From Octopus sinensis (Eukaryota), in the NCBI RefSeq assembly GCF_006345805.1, contig NC_042999.1, positions 166,222,001 to 166,286,000 of the forward strand: a DNA stretch of 64,000 bases. The letters run 5' to 3'. This document shows, piece by piece, positions 11,780 to 24,655 of the stretch. A model generated the notes under the pieces. It worked only from the letters and a program-made list of their open reading frames with translations, did not search any database and had not been told where the DNA came from. The first letter of the stretch is position 1. Each line of letters starts with the position of its first letter. The translations under genes and the position numbers were made by a program.

Positions 11780-13085
11780 GCGCGCCGGAACTCCCGTATC
11801 AATTTACAAAGCCTTTACTGCAATAATATCGATGAGAATGGGCAAACACCTGGAAGAAAACAACCTGTTTCCAGAAGAACAGAAGGCATGCTGCAAGGGC
11901 TCATACGGCTGTAAAGATCAGCTACTGATCAATAAAACCATAAGTGAAGACAGCCGCTGAAAGGAGAAGGGTCTAAATATGGCTTGGATCGACTACCGAA
12001 AGGCTTTTGAGAGTATTCCTCAAACATGGATCTTAGAAACACTAGCCATGAACAAGGTAGTACCAATAATCATAAAATATATAAAACATCCCATGAATAA
12101 ATAGCATACAGTGCTACAGCTCCAGACTAAAGAAGGACTCATAAAAACCAAAGCCATCCCCATTAGAAGACGCTCTCTCCATTGCTTTTCTGCTTGGCAC
12201 TGACATCTTTATCTGACATGCTAAACAGAACTGGATGTGGATACAACTGTTACGGCAAAATAATCAGCCATCTCTTGATCTAAAACCGTACGACTGGAAA
12301 CATTACAACAGACAGTACATGGATTTACCAAAGAAATAAACATGAAATTTGGCTAAGAAAAATGTACCAAAGCAACCTTGAAAAGAGTAGCAACATCACA
12401 CTAGATAAAGCTAATGAAATAAGAGAACTAGACCAAAGCCAGACATACAAATACTTAGGAATCAATGAACTAGATACGATAAAGCACACACAAATGAAAT
12501 AGAAGATAAGAAAGGAATACTATAGACGACTTAAATTAATACTGAAAACAGCTCAATGCGAAAAACAAGATATTAGGTATCAACACTCTAGCCGTCCCAG
12601 CTATAAGTTATAGCTACGATATTCTTAACTGAACTCTAAATGAACTAATTTAAATAGACAAGAAAGCAAGAAAAAATAACGACAGGATTTAGGATGCACC
12701 ACCCAAAATCTGACATAGAAAGGCTATATATACAACGTATCGAAGGTGGTAGAGGCCTTATACAGCTAGAAAACTATTACAAAATAACCACCACAGGAGT
12801 ACAGAAATACCTACTTCAGAAGCAAAGAAAACTAATACAAAGAGCCACAAAACACGAACAAAACAAAAAACTGTTTTCAGTCTTTAAGGAAACTGACAAA
12901 TACAAAAAAGAAGTCATAGTACCTAACAACTATGAAGCAAAAGAAGAAACAACAACATCTGTAAAACAAATGAAATCTAAACTAAAACTGGAACAGAAAC
13001 ATATCATGATAAAACGATGGCAAAAAAGTCCCTTCATGGCAAATATTGAGTTAAACTAAACAGAAGAGAAATAGACAAAACAAAA
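11780..13085 (+). pseudogene. R4/Dong-clade LINE reverse transcriptase relic
   Basis: YKAFTAII..HLEENNLFPEEQKAC.KGSYGCKDQLLINK, MAWIDYRKAFES, HPKSDIERLYIQRIEGGRGL. Many stops and deletions. Confidence 0.88.
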
Positions 13086-13139
13086 TTTGACCAAATTTCT
13101 TGTAATCATTAGTAGAGTTACAGGCTTAAAATTATCCAT

Positions 13140-13835
13140 TCGGGCCCCCTTGTTCGGGTCTTTTCTCAACAATGCCATCACGCCCGGGAGTAGCATATGT
13201 CCGTCCCGTTAAAAGCCAAATGGTGACTTTGTCGCCAAGTTACGCCTCCGCCACCCAGGACCATCAAACGGCTTTCATTTCCTCGTATTTTAAATTTGGC
13301 TGTCTTGCCCCTGTAGGGTCGTACACAGTGACTAATCTAGAAGCACCACCTTCGCTATTGCTCATATCCAGGACCACCAACTTACAATCCGGGTCCAGGA
13401 AAGTCGTCCGTATCTCGAGATCCAGGCCTTCCCTAAACAGTACTGTCACCCGTCGTCCTTTCCAGGTAAAGACAAACATGCGTAGATCCCAAAGTCGTCA
13501 AAATTGGGTGTTAGTGTGCACGTATTAGAAACTCTGGTCTCGCACATCCAGACCTAGGGATCTGAGGTCATTGAGCAAGCGACCTTGCACCCCGGACGAC
13601 TCCAGATCACGCACATTTATACAGCCTACTCTAATAATCACTATATTGGCCTGAAAGAGTTTAGGGACAGTAAAGGTGTTACTTACCCTCCAGGCTGTTG
13701 GAGGGCGGGTGACCCGGCCTTCGAATCTGGTTGGAGTTTTTTTGGGAACAGCTTTAAAAATCTTCTGGTGGCCTTAGCTTTAGGGTTCCCACGTCGTAGG
13801 AGAAAATCTTCCAAATGTTTTTTTTTGCATCTCTA
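13140..13835 (-). mobile_element. Tx1/L1-clade LINE fragment (APE endonuclease N-terminus)
   Basis: VTVLFREGLDLEIRTTFLDPDCKLVVLD..SRLVTVYDPTG, typical of an L1/Tx1 APE domain; degenerate. Confidence 0.65.
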
Positions 13836-13839
13836 GTTG

Positions 13840-14240
13840 CATGAGTACGTACATTAAAGTTTCTGGTTGGTGTTCGAAATTTCACCCCTTCTCTCAATGT
13901 CTTTATTTCGTGCTATGAAGGCCATCAATTCTTCGTTGGCATGAAATTTGATGTCTGTGTGTTTGACCTTTGTTGTTATGTGAGCTTTCTTTTGAGGGTC
14001 AGGGGTGGGGGGTTGTGACAGTATTGGTGATACTGGCAGTATTGGTGACTGTTGAGCTGGTAAAGTTGGTATTATTGTCGGTATGTCTGTGTTTGTTGTG
14101 AGAGCGTTTTCTATGTTTTCTGGTGTGTGTGTTTGGTACCCATATTGTGTATCGTTCAATGCATGTGACAGAAGTGCTATGCAAAAAATTAATGGAGACA
14201 AGGAGTCTCCTTGGAATATACCTCGATTAATCTTGTGGAG
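13840..14240 (-). mobile_element. Rearranged R4/Dong-clade LINE fragment
   Basis: RGIFQGDSLSPLIFCIAL..LNDTQYGY RT motif fused to a Thr/Pro-rich linker-like segment. Confidence 0.75.
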
Positions 14241-14385
14241 GCGCGTAGTTCAGTGGTTAGGGTGTTGGACTTACGATCGTAAGATTGTGGTTTCGATTTC
14301 TGGACCGGGCAATGTATTGTGTTCTTGAGCAAAACACTTCATTTAACGTTGCACCAGCTCACTCAACTGTAGAAATGAGTTTAAC
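14240..14385 (+). mobile_element. SINE family C, head only
   Basis: tRNA-like head and GTGTTCTTGAGCAAAACACTTCATTT, as at 187. Confidence 0.7.
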
Positions 14386-14590
14386 CTGGAGAAGGATGGG
14401 CTCCGCCAGGCTTTCTCCACCCCCACAAGGGTTAAGAGACTTGTCTTGTCAATTTTAATACTGATTATGTGACAAGCTGATTATAGGGTGCTGTGACTTT
14501 CGTACTTGTCCTAAAGATATCAAAAGCATACATTGATAGTTTTGTTTGTCGTGAGTGATCTGTTTTGTCCAGGTAACTACTTAGAGATTG

Positions 14591-14965
14591 GTGGAGGCGC
14601 AAGGGCCCAGTGGTTACGGCAGCGGACTCGTGGTCGTAGGATCGCGATTTCGATTCCCAGACCGGGCGTTGTGAGTGTTTATTGAGCGAAAACACCTAAA
14701 GCTCCACGAGGCTCCGTGGTGATCCCTGTTGTACTCTTTCACCACAACTTTCTCTCACTCTTACTTCCTGTTTCTGTTGTACCTGTATTTCAAAGGGCCG
14801 GCCTTGTCACTCTCTGTGTCACGCTGAATATCCCCGAGAACTACGTTAAGGGTACACGTGTCTGTGGAGTGCTCAGCCACATGCACGTTAATTTCACGAG
14901 CAGGTTGTTCCGTTGATCGGATCAACCGGAACCCTCGTCGTCGTAACCGACGGAGTGCTTCAAAA
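14591..14965 (+). mobile_element. tRNA-derived SINE, family D, with 12-bp TSD
   Basis: tRNA-like head (CCCAGTGGTTACGG..TTCGATTCCC). ACTTAGAGATTG is duplicated at 14579-14590 and 14966-14977; short A tail. Confidence 0.88.
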
Positions 14966-15519
14966 ACTTAGAGATTGACAAATCGGTTGCAGGAATTTAA
15001 GAGTGCCGAGCAGAGACTTCACTGTTGTGAGTTTAATGTCTTGTCCACAGACAGAATGCAATACACGATTTCGTTTGCATATCTGGTATCTGTCTGCTAG
15101 GCTAGCTACCGTCCCTTCACACCTGTATGATTTAGTACTAAAAAATTAAGGTAGCTAAAGTCAGTTAATTATATCTCATTAATCCCTCCAAGCAATATTT
15201 TTACGAATTTTGTTTCTGTTTGAATTATCTAATACTTCTTACAATGAAAACAAAAGCTTACATGACCATATTTAGTCACATCATCTTTAATGAAGGGTCT
15301 CCTGAAAGATAAAATCTGACAGCTGAAATAGAACATTTGTTAGAAAATAAAAGCATATAACATGTATATAATTAAGAATAGATAAAAAATGACTCATAAA
15401 AACAATTCTCATATGTTTTCGGGTCATATTTAAAAGTAATTTTTTCATAAAAGTCTTACTTAAACCGTGAGAAAGGTATCAACAAGTGAGTGAGCTTGTG
15501 AGTTGATTTTATTGAGTTT

Positions 15520-15670
15520 AGGTGCGTGGGGTTCACAATCTTGGAGTAGTGAGTTCGATTCCTGGACCGGGCTGTGTGTTGTGTTCTTGAGCAAGACACT
15601 TTATTTCACGTTGAAATGAATTGCGATGTCACTGGTGCCAAGCTGTATCGGCTCCTTTGCCTTTCCCTTA
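15520..15670 (+). mobile_element. SINE family C, partial
   Basis: Near-identical to 225-370 (GAGTTCGATTCCTGGACCGGG..GGTGCCAAGCTGTAT). Confidence 0.8.
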
Positions 15671-16379
15671 GGTATTTTTATACGAAAGATTCATGACCTA
15701 GAGGTTAGGGTGTTGCACTCATGATCACAAGATAGTGGTTTCAATACCTAGTCCGAGTGTTCTTGAGCAAAACACTTCGTCGCACGTTGGTCTGCGACAA
15801 CTTCGCTACCTGCCGCGTGGTACACCATGCTGTTCAGGCACATTTATGCAGGTCGTTCCACAAAAGCTAAACACTCATACGCCGTCTTGGACGGGAGAGT
15901 CCATCATGGTTATGTACATTCAGGCAGATGTATCCTTCTTTTTCTATATATTTATTTGAGTGGGTGCGTGTGATTTGAGTTTCATACACGTTTCATATAT
16001 TCACATGGTGAAAGTAATCTTTCCTGGTGGAAAGAAAACAATACTTGTAAAGAATACAATGTCTGTAGTCACACGTGGTTGTTGTTGAATTGAGAGTATA
16101 CAATTTTGTTCCCACATTTGCACTAATTCACACATACCAACACATATTGAACAAAGGCATTCTGGCTTTGTCCCAAGTCACTAACAGGAAGTAAATATAC
16201 TGTCACTGATAGCATACAATATTACAAGGATATGCATTATCAAAGGAAACCTACATTTCAATAATGTGTGTCAGTTGTTCAACAAATGAAATGAAAGAAT
16301 TATTTTTATGGCAAAAACAGAAGAACATGTATAAAAGTTAAGGAAACTAAATCCCATTGTAACCAAGAGCAATACCAGT

Positions 16380-16505
16380 AAATAATCCTTTCTACTATAG
16401 GCACAAGGTTTGAAAATTTGGGGGAAAGGTAAGTCGATTACATCGAACCCAGTGTTCAGCTGGTGCTTATTTTATCGACACCGAATAAATGAAAAGCAAA
16501 GTCAA
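16380..16505 (-). mobile_element. SINE family B, 3' fragment
   Basis: Matches the 3' half of the element at 44805 and 60936. Confidence 0.7.
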
Positions 16506-17225
16506 CAGAACTTTTCTCACGGTAAAACAATAGTTTTTCTTTGATAGCAGTTTACATTTGTTAGATGCTAAGCAAAATAATGTCTTCACCACTTGACCCT
16601 TCTAACCTCTTCTACTTCACCAAAAAGCTAGAATTAAGCTATCACAAACCACCGACTAGATCCATTGTTCTCAACGATATGCCTATCCTTCTAGATAGCT
16701 ATAAAAACAAGAACGCCCAAGCAAAAATCAGTTAGTGAATGGTCAGCTATCATCAGTTAGTGAATGGACCGCTAGAATCATGGTCACAAGCAAGCAACTA
16801 CTAAAGATAAATGGTCAGATGGATAAATGAAGTTTACAATCAGTAACTATGAGACCCAACTTCTTCCCTCGACTCTACAACTTTCACTAGCTCAATTTCT
16901 TTTCTCTTACAACATCATTTTCTCTCTGTAATTACTACTACACAATGACGAGAACATAAGCACAAACCATACAAGGAAAATCTACATCTATCTTTACTTT
17001 GCCTGCTGTTGGATTTTTATCACTTGCCCTTCGAGGCAAGATATTATATACAATTTATGGTAAATAAATACTTTCTTCACAACTTCAGTCACTGTTCTTT
17101 CATCTTTACATAATGGTTATCAACGAAGAACCAATCCCTACAAACAGACTACACCCATCCTGCTGTGTATTAACTATGGTATATCATTATTGATATCAAA
17201 TAAAATTTCAACCGTTACAAATATA
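16500..17225 (+). repeat. Dispersed repeat of about 0.7 kb, copy 1 (possible PLE pseudo-LTR)
   Basis: Clearly homologous to 19735-20830. Both copies begin with (S)TELFSR, reminiscent of the LN.R.EL...C.H PLE C-terminal motif; that assignment is tentative. Confidence 0.6.
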
Positions 17226-17269
17226 TTAATAAAAAATATTTTAACTATTCTCAGTGCATTTTCAACTTC

Positions 17270-17303
17270 TATTTTATATATATATATATATATTATATAT
17301 ATA

Positions 17304-17383
<80 letters not shown>

Positions 17384-17440
17384 ATGCAAGTATGTATATG
17401 TGTCCATGTAATCATGTGTATATGTGTGTGTGTATTTGGA
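17270..17440. repeat. (TA)n/(TG)n/(TATG)n microsatellite
   Basis: Directly visible. Confidence 0.97.
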
Positions 17441-18129
17441 AGCTCGTCGGGTGCTCTGTTACGGAACAATAATTAGAAAAACAACAACGATACACCACTA
17501 GTATTTCCTGTAATTAGTAAATCCGTGTATGCTGTGTCATTCCATGTCAACCGTAACGGAACAGATTTGTGCCTGGAAGTTTCTTAATCGTTTTCCAATG
17601 TGCAAGAAGGCCAGGACTACATTATTCAGTATGTTCTGTTTGAAGATAGAAGAACGTGTATTGAGAGAGAAATTTGGCTGCGGGTTTTTTTAATTTAGTT
17701 ATTATTTTCTTTTTGCTTTGGCTTTCCAATATGCATAAGTCTTTCTCACTATTTTATAGGTGGGTGACTGACATCTCGACAGTGTTGACGTCGCTTGATG
17801 CGTTGGGAAACTGAGTAGTGTACTTGGGTCGTAGTCATCAGTATATCGGCAATAGGTGTAGTGGTAGTTCGGCGGGGAGGGGGTCTAAGATGACGTGAAT
17901 CGGTTCAGTAGTCCCAACAAAATCAGTGGCCGTGAGTACTGTAGGTTTTAGCATCGTCGTCATGGTTCGTTGTTGAATGGTGTAAATTTATACAGCAGTT
18001 GGTCTTGGCTGAGATGCGACCACTGTCAGTTAGCAGACAAATCTCCATATAGGTAATAGTCTATCAAAGTAAAATGCGCCAAAAGCAAAGTGTATCCTAT
18101 TTCTACAAAAGCTTAGTATGTTTAGTTAT

Positions 18130-18945
18130 TTCTTGATGCCATCAATTGCTGACCGAATCTCATTCGTGTTGCTTAATTAGTCTTTACATTTGGATAGTCA
18201 TTTCTACCAGAGATTTGATTGATCAGCTGTTTGTTGACGTCATCAATCTCTTCCAAAATTCTGTTTGTAATGCTAAGCTGCCTTTATATATGCTATATTC
18301 AGCTGGACCGCTGAAATCTATAAGTTGTTTTTATTTTCTTTCTGTTTATTTCCTCTTCCAAGTCAGTTTTGTCTTAACAATTCTGATGCGCACTTTATAC
18401 GATCTTTTTACTCTTTCGTTTCTCTTATTCTTTTACCTCATCTTCTCCCACCATTCTATCCTATTACTCTGTCACTCTCTCTCCCCCACCCCTACTCCTT
18501 TGCTCACGTGGCTCCCGCATGACCACCGGCCATCTTTCTTTCTCTTCGTTATAGCTTGAACAAGGAAGACGTATTCTTGTTTGTCTCCTGTCCTAGCTTG
18601 ATTTAACCATTCGCCACCACAACCTCGTTTAGGCTTAGCAGCCCTCCCTCTTTGTCTTCACTACCCTGTTGGTGTTACCAATTTTGACCCTCCGCAAAAT
18701 CCCAAATTTTATTTAATTTGCTTTGCGGGAGCAACTGTTTTATAGAAAGCGTATATTGTTGTTAAATGCTCGAAATACGAGACTAGATAAACAGACAACA
18801 ACTGATGAAGGGTCGTTCTTTATGTTGTTTGTTTTGTTTTCCATTTGTGTCTTTCGTTGTACGAAAGAATAGTTCATGTTCCATCTACTCGTGCTTCGTA
18901 CTTTTTCGTTGTACACGTTTCGTGACGTCCTGTGTCCACATATGC
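18130..18945 (+). mobile_element. (TA)n-anchored repeat, probable PLE pseudo-LTR (family P4), copy 1
   Basis: Homologous to 39790-40455 (CAAATTTTATTTAATTTGCTTTGCGGGAG etc.). Has TGACGTCA and TATA-like motifs and CTGATGA at 18802-18808, and ends at (TA)n. PLE assignment is inference. Confidence 0.5.
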
Positions 18946-18955
18946 ACATATATAT

Positions 18956-19045
<90 letters not shown>

Positions 19046-19075
19046 GACTTATGTACATATACGTATGTATATATA
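18946..19075. repeat. (TA)n microsatellite
   Basis: Directly visible. Confidence 0.97.
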
Positions 19076-19734
19076 CCTCCCCACCACTACACACTCAATA
19101 ACACTATAAAATGGTCAAATTTTTCCCCAAGAACTTAGTTCAATTTGAAAACCCCACTAGAATGGGCGAAAGCGCTAATATATGATATATGATATATGTC
19201 ATATGATGTATAAAAACATCTAATATACAAATAAATATCTGTAAATATAAAACCATCTGAATTTCTGTGTGCACGTTTTGTATGTATGTACTCTGCATAT
19301 CCATGTACTTGTCTATTCATGTTTGTGTGTTTGTGTGTCTTTATGTTCATGTTTGTGTGTTTGTACGTGTGTATATGTGTGTGTGTACCTCTGTCTCCTT
19401 GTATGTGCATGTTTATGTATGTCTGTGTATGGGTTTGTGTGACTATATAAACTGTGGGCATTGGGGTATGACACCTATTTATATTTCCTATTTAGTACTG
19501 GAGATGTTTCATTAATGAAAACGTACTCTTGTATTTGTCTGAGAGTTGGGTCCTTCGGGTGCTTGGATAAAATGCGAATGTCAAGTCGACCCAGTATACA
19601 TCCGTGTTGGTGTTTGGCATGTTAGAGCAAAATAGAGTTTGGAGGATTGCTATTTGTCGTCATGTGTGTGTGTGTGTAGTGAATCTTGCAGGCGTGACGT
19701 GGATTCGATCCACCATAGTCAAATTTCAAGTAAC

Positions 19735-20830
19735 AGTTCAACAGAACTTTTCTCACGGTGAGTTTACATTTGCCAGATGCCTTTAGCTAAGCAAAATAAT
19801 GTCTTCGCCACTTGACACTTCTAACTTCTTATAAGCCACCAAAAGCTAGAATTAAGAGGATAAGAACCACCAACGAAGTCCATTGTTCTCAACTATATGT
19901 CTATCCTTCTGGATTGTTATAAAAACAAGAACTCCCAAGCAAAAGTCAGTTAGTCACTTGGTGATAACTCACTTAACTGGTTACATCTCAGTTAGTAACA
20001 ACTCGAGTTAGAGAGAGCGACAATCAGTTAGTGAAACGGACCACTAGAATCAAGGCCACAAGCAGGCAGTCAGCGACTATGCGAGCCTTCGTTCCACACT
20101 CTCTCACTCTTACTAGCTCACTTAATTTTCTCTCACAACACCACTCTATTTCTGTCTGTAATTACTACTACACAATGACGAGAACACACAAATCTTTATA
20201 TATAAAAGTCAAGTTGTGTGTCTGTCTCCTACGATTTAGATTCCTAACTACTCCCACATTTTGTGGTGCAGTTTAACCAAAACCGGGTATCTTATGGTCG
20301 TGATTCATATCGAGCCCTTCTGGGTATTAGCGCGCGTCTACGATGAGTCTACGATTTAAAAAAAATTACCATCATTTTTTTCCATTTTAATGCATTTTTT
20401 CGCTATTATATAAGGGAAGTAACTCTCTAAAAATGTCTACGATGAGTCAACGATTAAAAAAAAATTTACCATAATTTTTTTTTCCATTTTTAATGCATTT
20501 TTTTTGCTATTTTTTAGCTATAACTCTCTAAAAATGCTTATATAGTTATTTCCCTTACAAACCCGAGCAACGCCGGGCGATACTGCTAGTATACTATACA
20601 AGGAAAATCTACACCTAACTTTACTTCGCATACTTTACGATTTCATCACCTGCCCGTCGAGGCAAGGCATTGCATAATGTAACGGTAAAATAAATATTTT
20701 CTTCACAACTTCAATCATTGTTCTTTCCTGTTTACATAATGGCTATTACCAAAGAATCAATCCTTACAAACTGGTTACGACGCCGACATTCCATCCTATT
20801 GTATATCGACTATCGTTTATCATATTATTG
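19735..20830 (+). repeat. Dispersed repeat of about 0.7 kb, copy 2, interrupted by Helitron H1
   Basis: Alignment to 16500-17225 resumes after the Helitron (ATACAAGGAAAATCTACA). Confidence 0.7.
20193..20589 (+). mobile_element. Non-autonomous Helitron H1 (variant with an internal duplication)
   Basis: A|TCTTTATATATAAAAG ... CCCGAGCAACGCCGGGCGATACTGCTAG|T; internal repeat of GTCTACGATGAGTC. Confidence 0.92.
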
Positions 20831-20963
20831 TGTACCAAATTAATTCCAACCGTTGTACCAAATTAATCTTTATCGTTACAATTTAATTTCTGCCGTTACA
20901 CAATTCAAGGCATCGATTACAAACTGGTGTTCCCGGCGTTGCACCATAACAAACTTCGTTACA

Positions 20964-21811
20964 TCTAATCTATAAAATGAAGAAGGCGAACGTTGATACA
21001 AATTGGATTTTTATGTAAAAAGGGGTCTAAATGGTGCTGTAAGGGAATTAAAATTTTCAGGAGGGGGTAACTTGAGGTGGAAAATTGATTGGGAGACGTT
21101 TTGGGGCGCTACAGAGGTTGCTTTGGTGTGAAAATGGGGACTTTATTGATTTTTGGGTTCACTTAGGGTTCTAGATTAGATACCTTTTGCCCGATTTCAA
21201 TCAAATTTTCGACAAGGTAAAGTGGAAGCGGATTTGTAATTTAAGCGCGGAAAATGGGTTCGAAATTTTGAAAATTAAGGCAAGATTTTTAAAGTTGAAA
21301 AAAGTTTCTCATTTTTACGTATTTTTGCCTTTTATTTTTTATTGTTTACAGTTTTCATTTTTTATGAAAGAAATTCAGAGCTGCGTGTAGCCCGTGTTTA
21401 GAGCTTTCATTTGCATGGTCAGTCGTCGAAAAATTCCCAAAATAAGTACTAAATTTAACAAAGAAATCATTTTTTCCTTATTTTTAATCGCTCAAATAGT
21501 GGCACGTACAAAAGGCAAGTGTGCTTTCCGTTGGGACTGCCTGATATTTATGATTGATCTTTCAAAATACTCTCTTTCTCAACTTACTCAAGATCTTTTG
21601 TTGTTTATAAATGGGAGAGAGATAGATAGAGAAAAATAGAAAGAGAAAGCGAGGGAGAGTCGAGAGAAAGGAAGAGTAAGAGAATGGGAAAGTGAGAGAG
21701 AAAGGGGAGAGAAGCAAAGAGGGAGAATGTGGCGATAAGAAACAGAAAGGAAGCAACAGAAAGTAACAACCACATCGTCACCTGTGCATAGAGTGGGTCA
21801 CCGTAAGCTAG
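20964..21811 (+). mobile_element. Older non-autonomous Helitron, family H3
   Basis: A|TCTAATCTATAAAATG start and CTAG|T end with a degenerate subterminal hairpin. Confidence 0.6.
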
Positions 21812-22279
21812 TATGTATATAAAACATAATGTATAATATGTGAGTGTGTATATGTGTCTTTGTGTTTGTGTTTCTCCCCACCACTGTTACCGCAACCACC
21901 GCTTGACAACAAGTGCTGGTTTGTTTTCAAAAGGTACCCAATAGAGAAGTCTTACTCAGATACAATTGAGGTGTTTACAGTTCAATGTCTATTATCTGGT
22001 GAAGAATATCCGGGTAGAAAATTAGTATCTGTTATAATCGGGCGTTGTGTGTACAATTAATTTTTCTTGAGAAGGACATCCGTGTACAAATGACAATTGA
22101 ATCTTCGTCTGTGAATAAAATATGAATAGTCTTTTTAGCACCAAAATAAAAGTTGAGTTATACAGGAAAGGCCATCGGGTTCTTTTGAATTATAGAGGTT
22201 AAACTGGGTCAACCTTTATTCTCATACAACTTATTGCTGTCTCATATTCGACAGTTTGCCAACATTTCTACCTTAAGTA

Positions 22280-22329
22280 AAATAACAACAACAACAACAA
22301 CAACAATAACAATAACAATAATAATAATA

Positions 22330-22387
<58 letters not shown>

Positions 22388-22396
22388 TAATAATAA
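22280..22396. repeat. (AAC)n/(AAT)n microsatellite
   Basis: Directly visible. Confidence 0.97.
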
Positions 22397-22857
22397 TGGG
22401 CTACAGCAAATATTCTGCTCAATACCACAGATTTGCTTGTCAGTTGTTTGACCTTAACTAGTTGAGCATGTCCCTTAGTGGCTGACGATATGTGCATCTC
22501 TGATCACGAGCAGAAGTAGTGGGGGAGCATCATAGCCATGTGTTGAGAGGGATTCTTTGGGGTTTGAATAATTCACCTCTGGAAACATGGGTGGTTCTTT
22601 CAACATCCTTAAACAACCCTTATTCAGGGACCTTTTGAGCGGGATGGGCTACTCAACCTGAAGAAAATTCTAACTGGGCCCCACCTGCAAGGTCATGTGC
22701 TGTTTATCTTGATATGAGATCACCATGTCGCGCACATATGGTTGTGATGCATGTGCCTGGTGTACCCTTATCAGACGGGTAGTCATGATGGGTATATTGG
22801 GCTTCGTATATTTTACCCCAGTGTCACTTTGATGGCATGCACTGCTCTCTCACTCAA
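22397..22857 (+). mobile_element. (AAT)n-flanked interspersed element of about 460 bp, copy 1
   Basis: Highly similar to 23243-23699; (AAT)n on both sides; no ORF. Class not determined. Confidence 0.7.
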
Positions 22858-22921
22858 TAATAATAATAATAATAATAATCTGCAGCTTTTTACAGCAGCA
22901 CTGAAGTGTCCTCTCCAGTTT

Positions 22922-23089
22922 TGCGCAGTCTTCGCTACATTTGCGGTACCTGCCAGAGGGAGTGTTTGTCCAGGATAGGACTACACAGCCACAGCAGGAA
23001 ATGTATCAGGACATGAAATATAAAAGCCGGACTGGACTACTTTATGCGCAACTCCATTGTCTCCCGAGACAAAAAGGATGCCAACCAAC
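22922..23089 (+). mobile_element. 5'-truncated 3' end of the RTE LINE
   Basis: Near-identical to 4465-4625; followed by (ATA)n. Confidence 0.92.
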
Positions 23090-23121
<32 letters not shown>

Positions 23122-23126
<5 letters not shown>

Positions 23127-23699
23127 CCCCGATGCAGAACCAGGCAGTGGCTATGCCCTGATGCAGTACCAGCTCTCGTGGCTTCTGATCTTAACTGATT
23201 GGAAGTGTTATCATGTACATTTTTTTTGTCTTGGTATAACAGATGGGCTACAGCAAATATTCTGCTCAATACCACAGATTTGCTTGTCAGTTGTTTGACT
23301 TTAACCAGTTGAGCATGTCCTTTAGTGGCTGACAATATGTGCATCTCTGATCACGAGCAGAAGTAGTGGGGGAGCATCATAGCCATGTGTTGAGAAGGAT
23401 TCTTTGGGGTTTGAATAATTCACCTTTGAAAACATAGGTGTTTCGTTCAACATCCTTAAACAACCCTCATTCAGGGACCTTTTGAGCAGGATGGGTTACT
23501 TGACCAGAAGAAAATTCTAACTGGGCCCCACCTACAAGGTCATGTGTTGTTTATCTTGATATGAGATCACCATGTCGCGCACATATGGTTATGATACATG
23601 TGTCTGGTGTACCCTTATCAAGGTAGTCATGATGGGTATATTGGGCTTCGTATATTTAACCCAGTGTTACTTTGATGGCATGCACTGCTCTCTCACTCA
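23122..23699 (+). mobile_element. (AAT)n-flanked interspersed element, longer copy 2
   Basis: Same body as 22397-22857 plus about 120 bp of extra 5' sequence; (AAT)n on both sides. Confidence 0.7.
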
Positions 23700-23714
23700 A
23701 TAATAATAATGATA

Positions 23715-24655
23715 ATTTCATTTAATTTGCGACGAAGGACGAAGGACGAGGGGGCCAATACAAAGACAGACATAAAGTGTGGGTTTTAGATATAATGAAA
23801 TGATAAAAAAAGTGGTCAGTATACTCGGTATATACTGAAAAAGAAGGGACATATGCGTGGCATAGAAAGGTTTTAAAAAAATGGAGGTGAGGAGGATGAT
23901 AGAGATGTAGCCCTCCTGGTACAGGAGGACCTGTAGGAATAATCGAGGAACTCCACTGCCAAAACATTCCCTGAATACCGAGAGCAAGTGCCCTCTTCAG
24001 TTCCTTCTCTCCGACTCACAGGTCTACACTTAGTGAGGTACCATCCACTTTTACCTATCTTCCAATAAACTCACTTGAGTACAGCACTTCCCTCCGCACT
24101 CTCAATTTCCTTTACAAGTAAAACTTGAAGAAGTCAATGAGGGGTCTACCAAAGAGGAGTGTATCTGTCCTCATGCCTTTCAGCCTTGTCCACCAAACAA
24201 ACTCTTTCGCCACAGCCCCAAGCAAAGGAAACCCGCCTTGCCTGCCCGATTGAAGGAGGGCGGCGCGGAAATCATCACTACAGACTCGGCCGATAGACTG
24301 ATCCGTCCCACTTGTGACAGCAATGCTCGGACACTGAACGAGTGCGTGCAGAACGGTTTCGTCACTCTGTGCGGACCTTGGACAAGTCCGTCTGACAGCA
24401 CATCCGTACCTGTAGAGTTTATCTCGAACCGGCAGCGCTCCCCTTCCCCGTAGCACTGCTAGGCCAAGCACATCTGGAAATTATCCATGATAGCTCCCGA
24501 CCGGAAAGTCCTCCGGAGCAGACTAGCCACTTCGTTTTCGTCGATGCCTAGAGTTTCCCCGAGAATGTCGTCGCACCTCTCTGCCATAAATTTCTAAAGC
24601 GGAACATCCACCGATCCCATTGCCCGACTAGTAGAGGGCTGTGTGCACCTGACAC
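23715..24655 (-). mobile_element. 5'-truncated Tx1/L1-clade LINE (ORF2 C-terminus and 3' UTR)
   Basis: GALPVRDKL..RTCPRSAQSDETVLHALVQCP zinc-knuckle region, KEFVWWTR; 3' UTR ends near AATTAAA. Confidence 0.8.
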
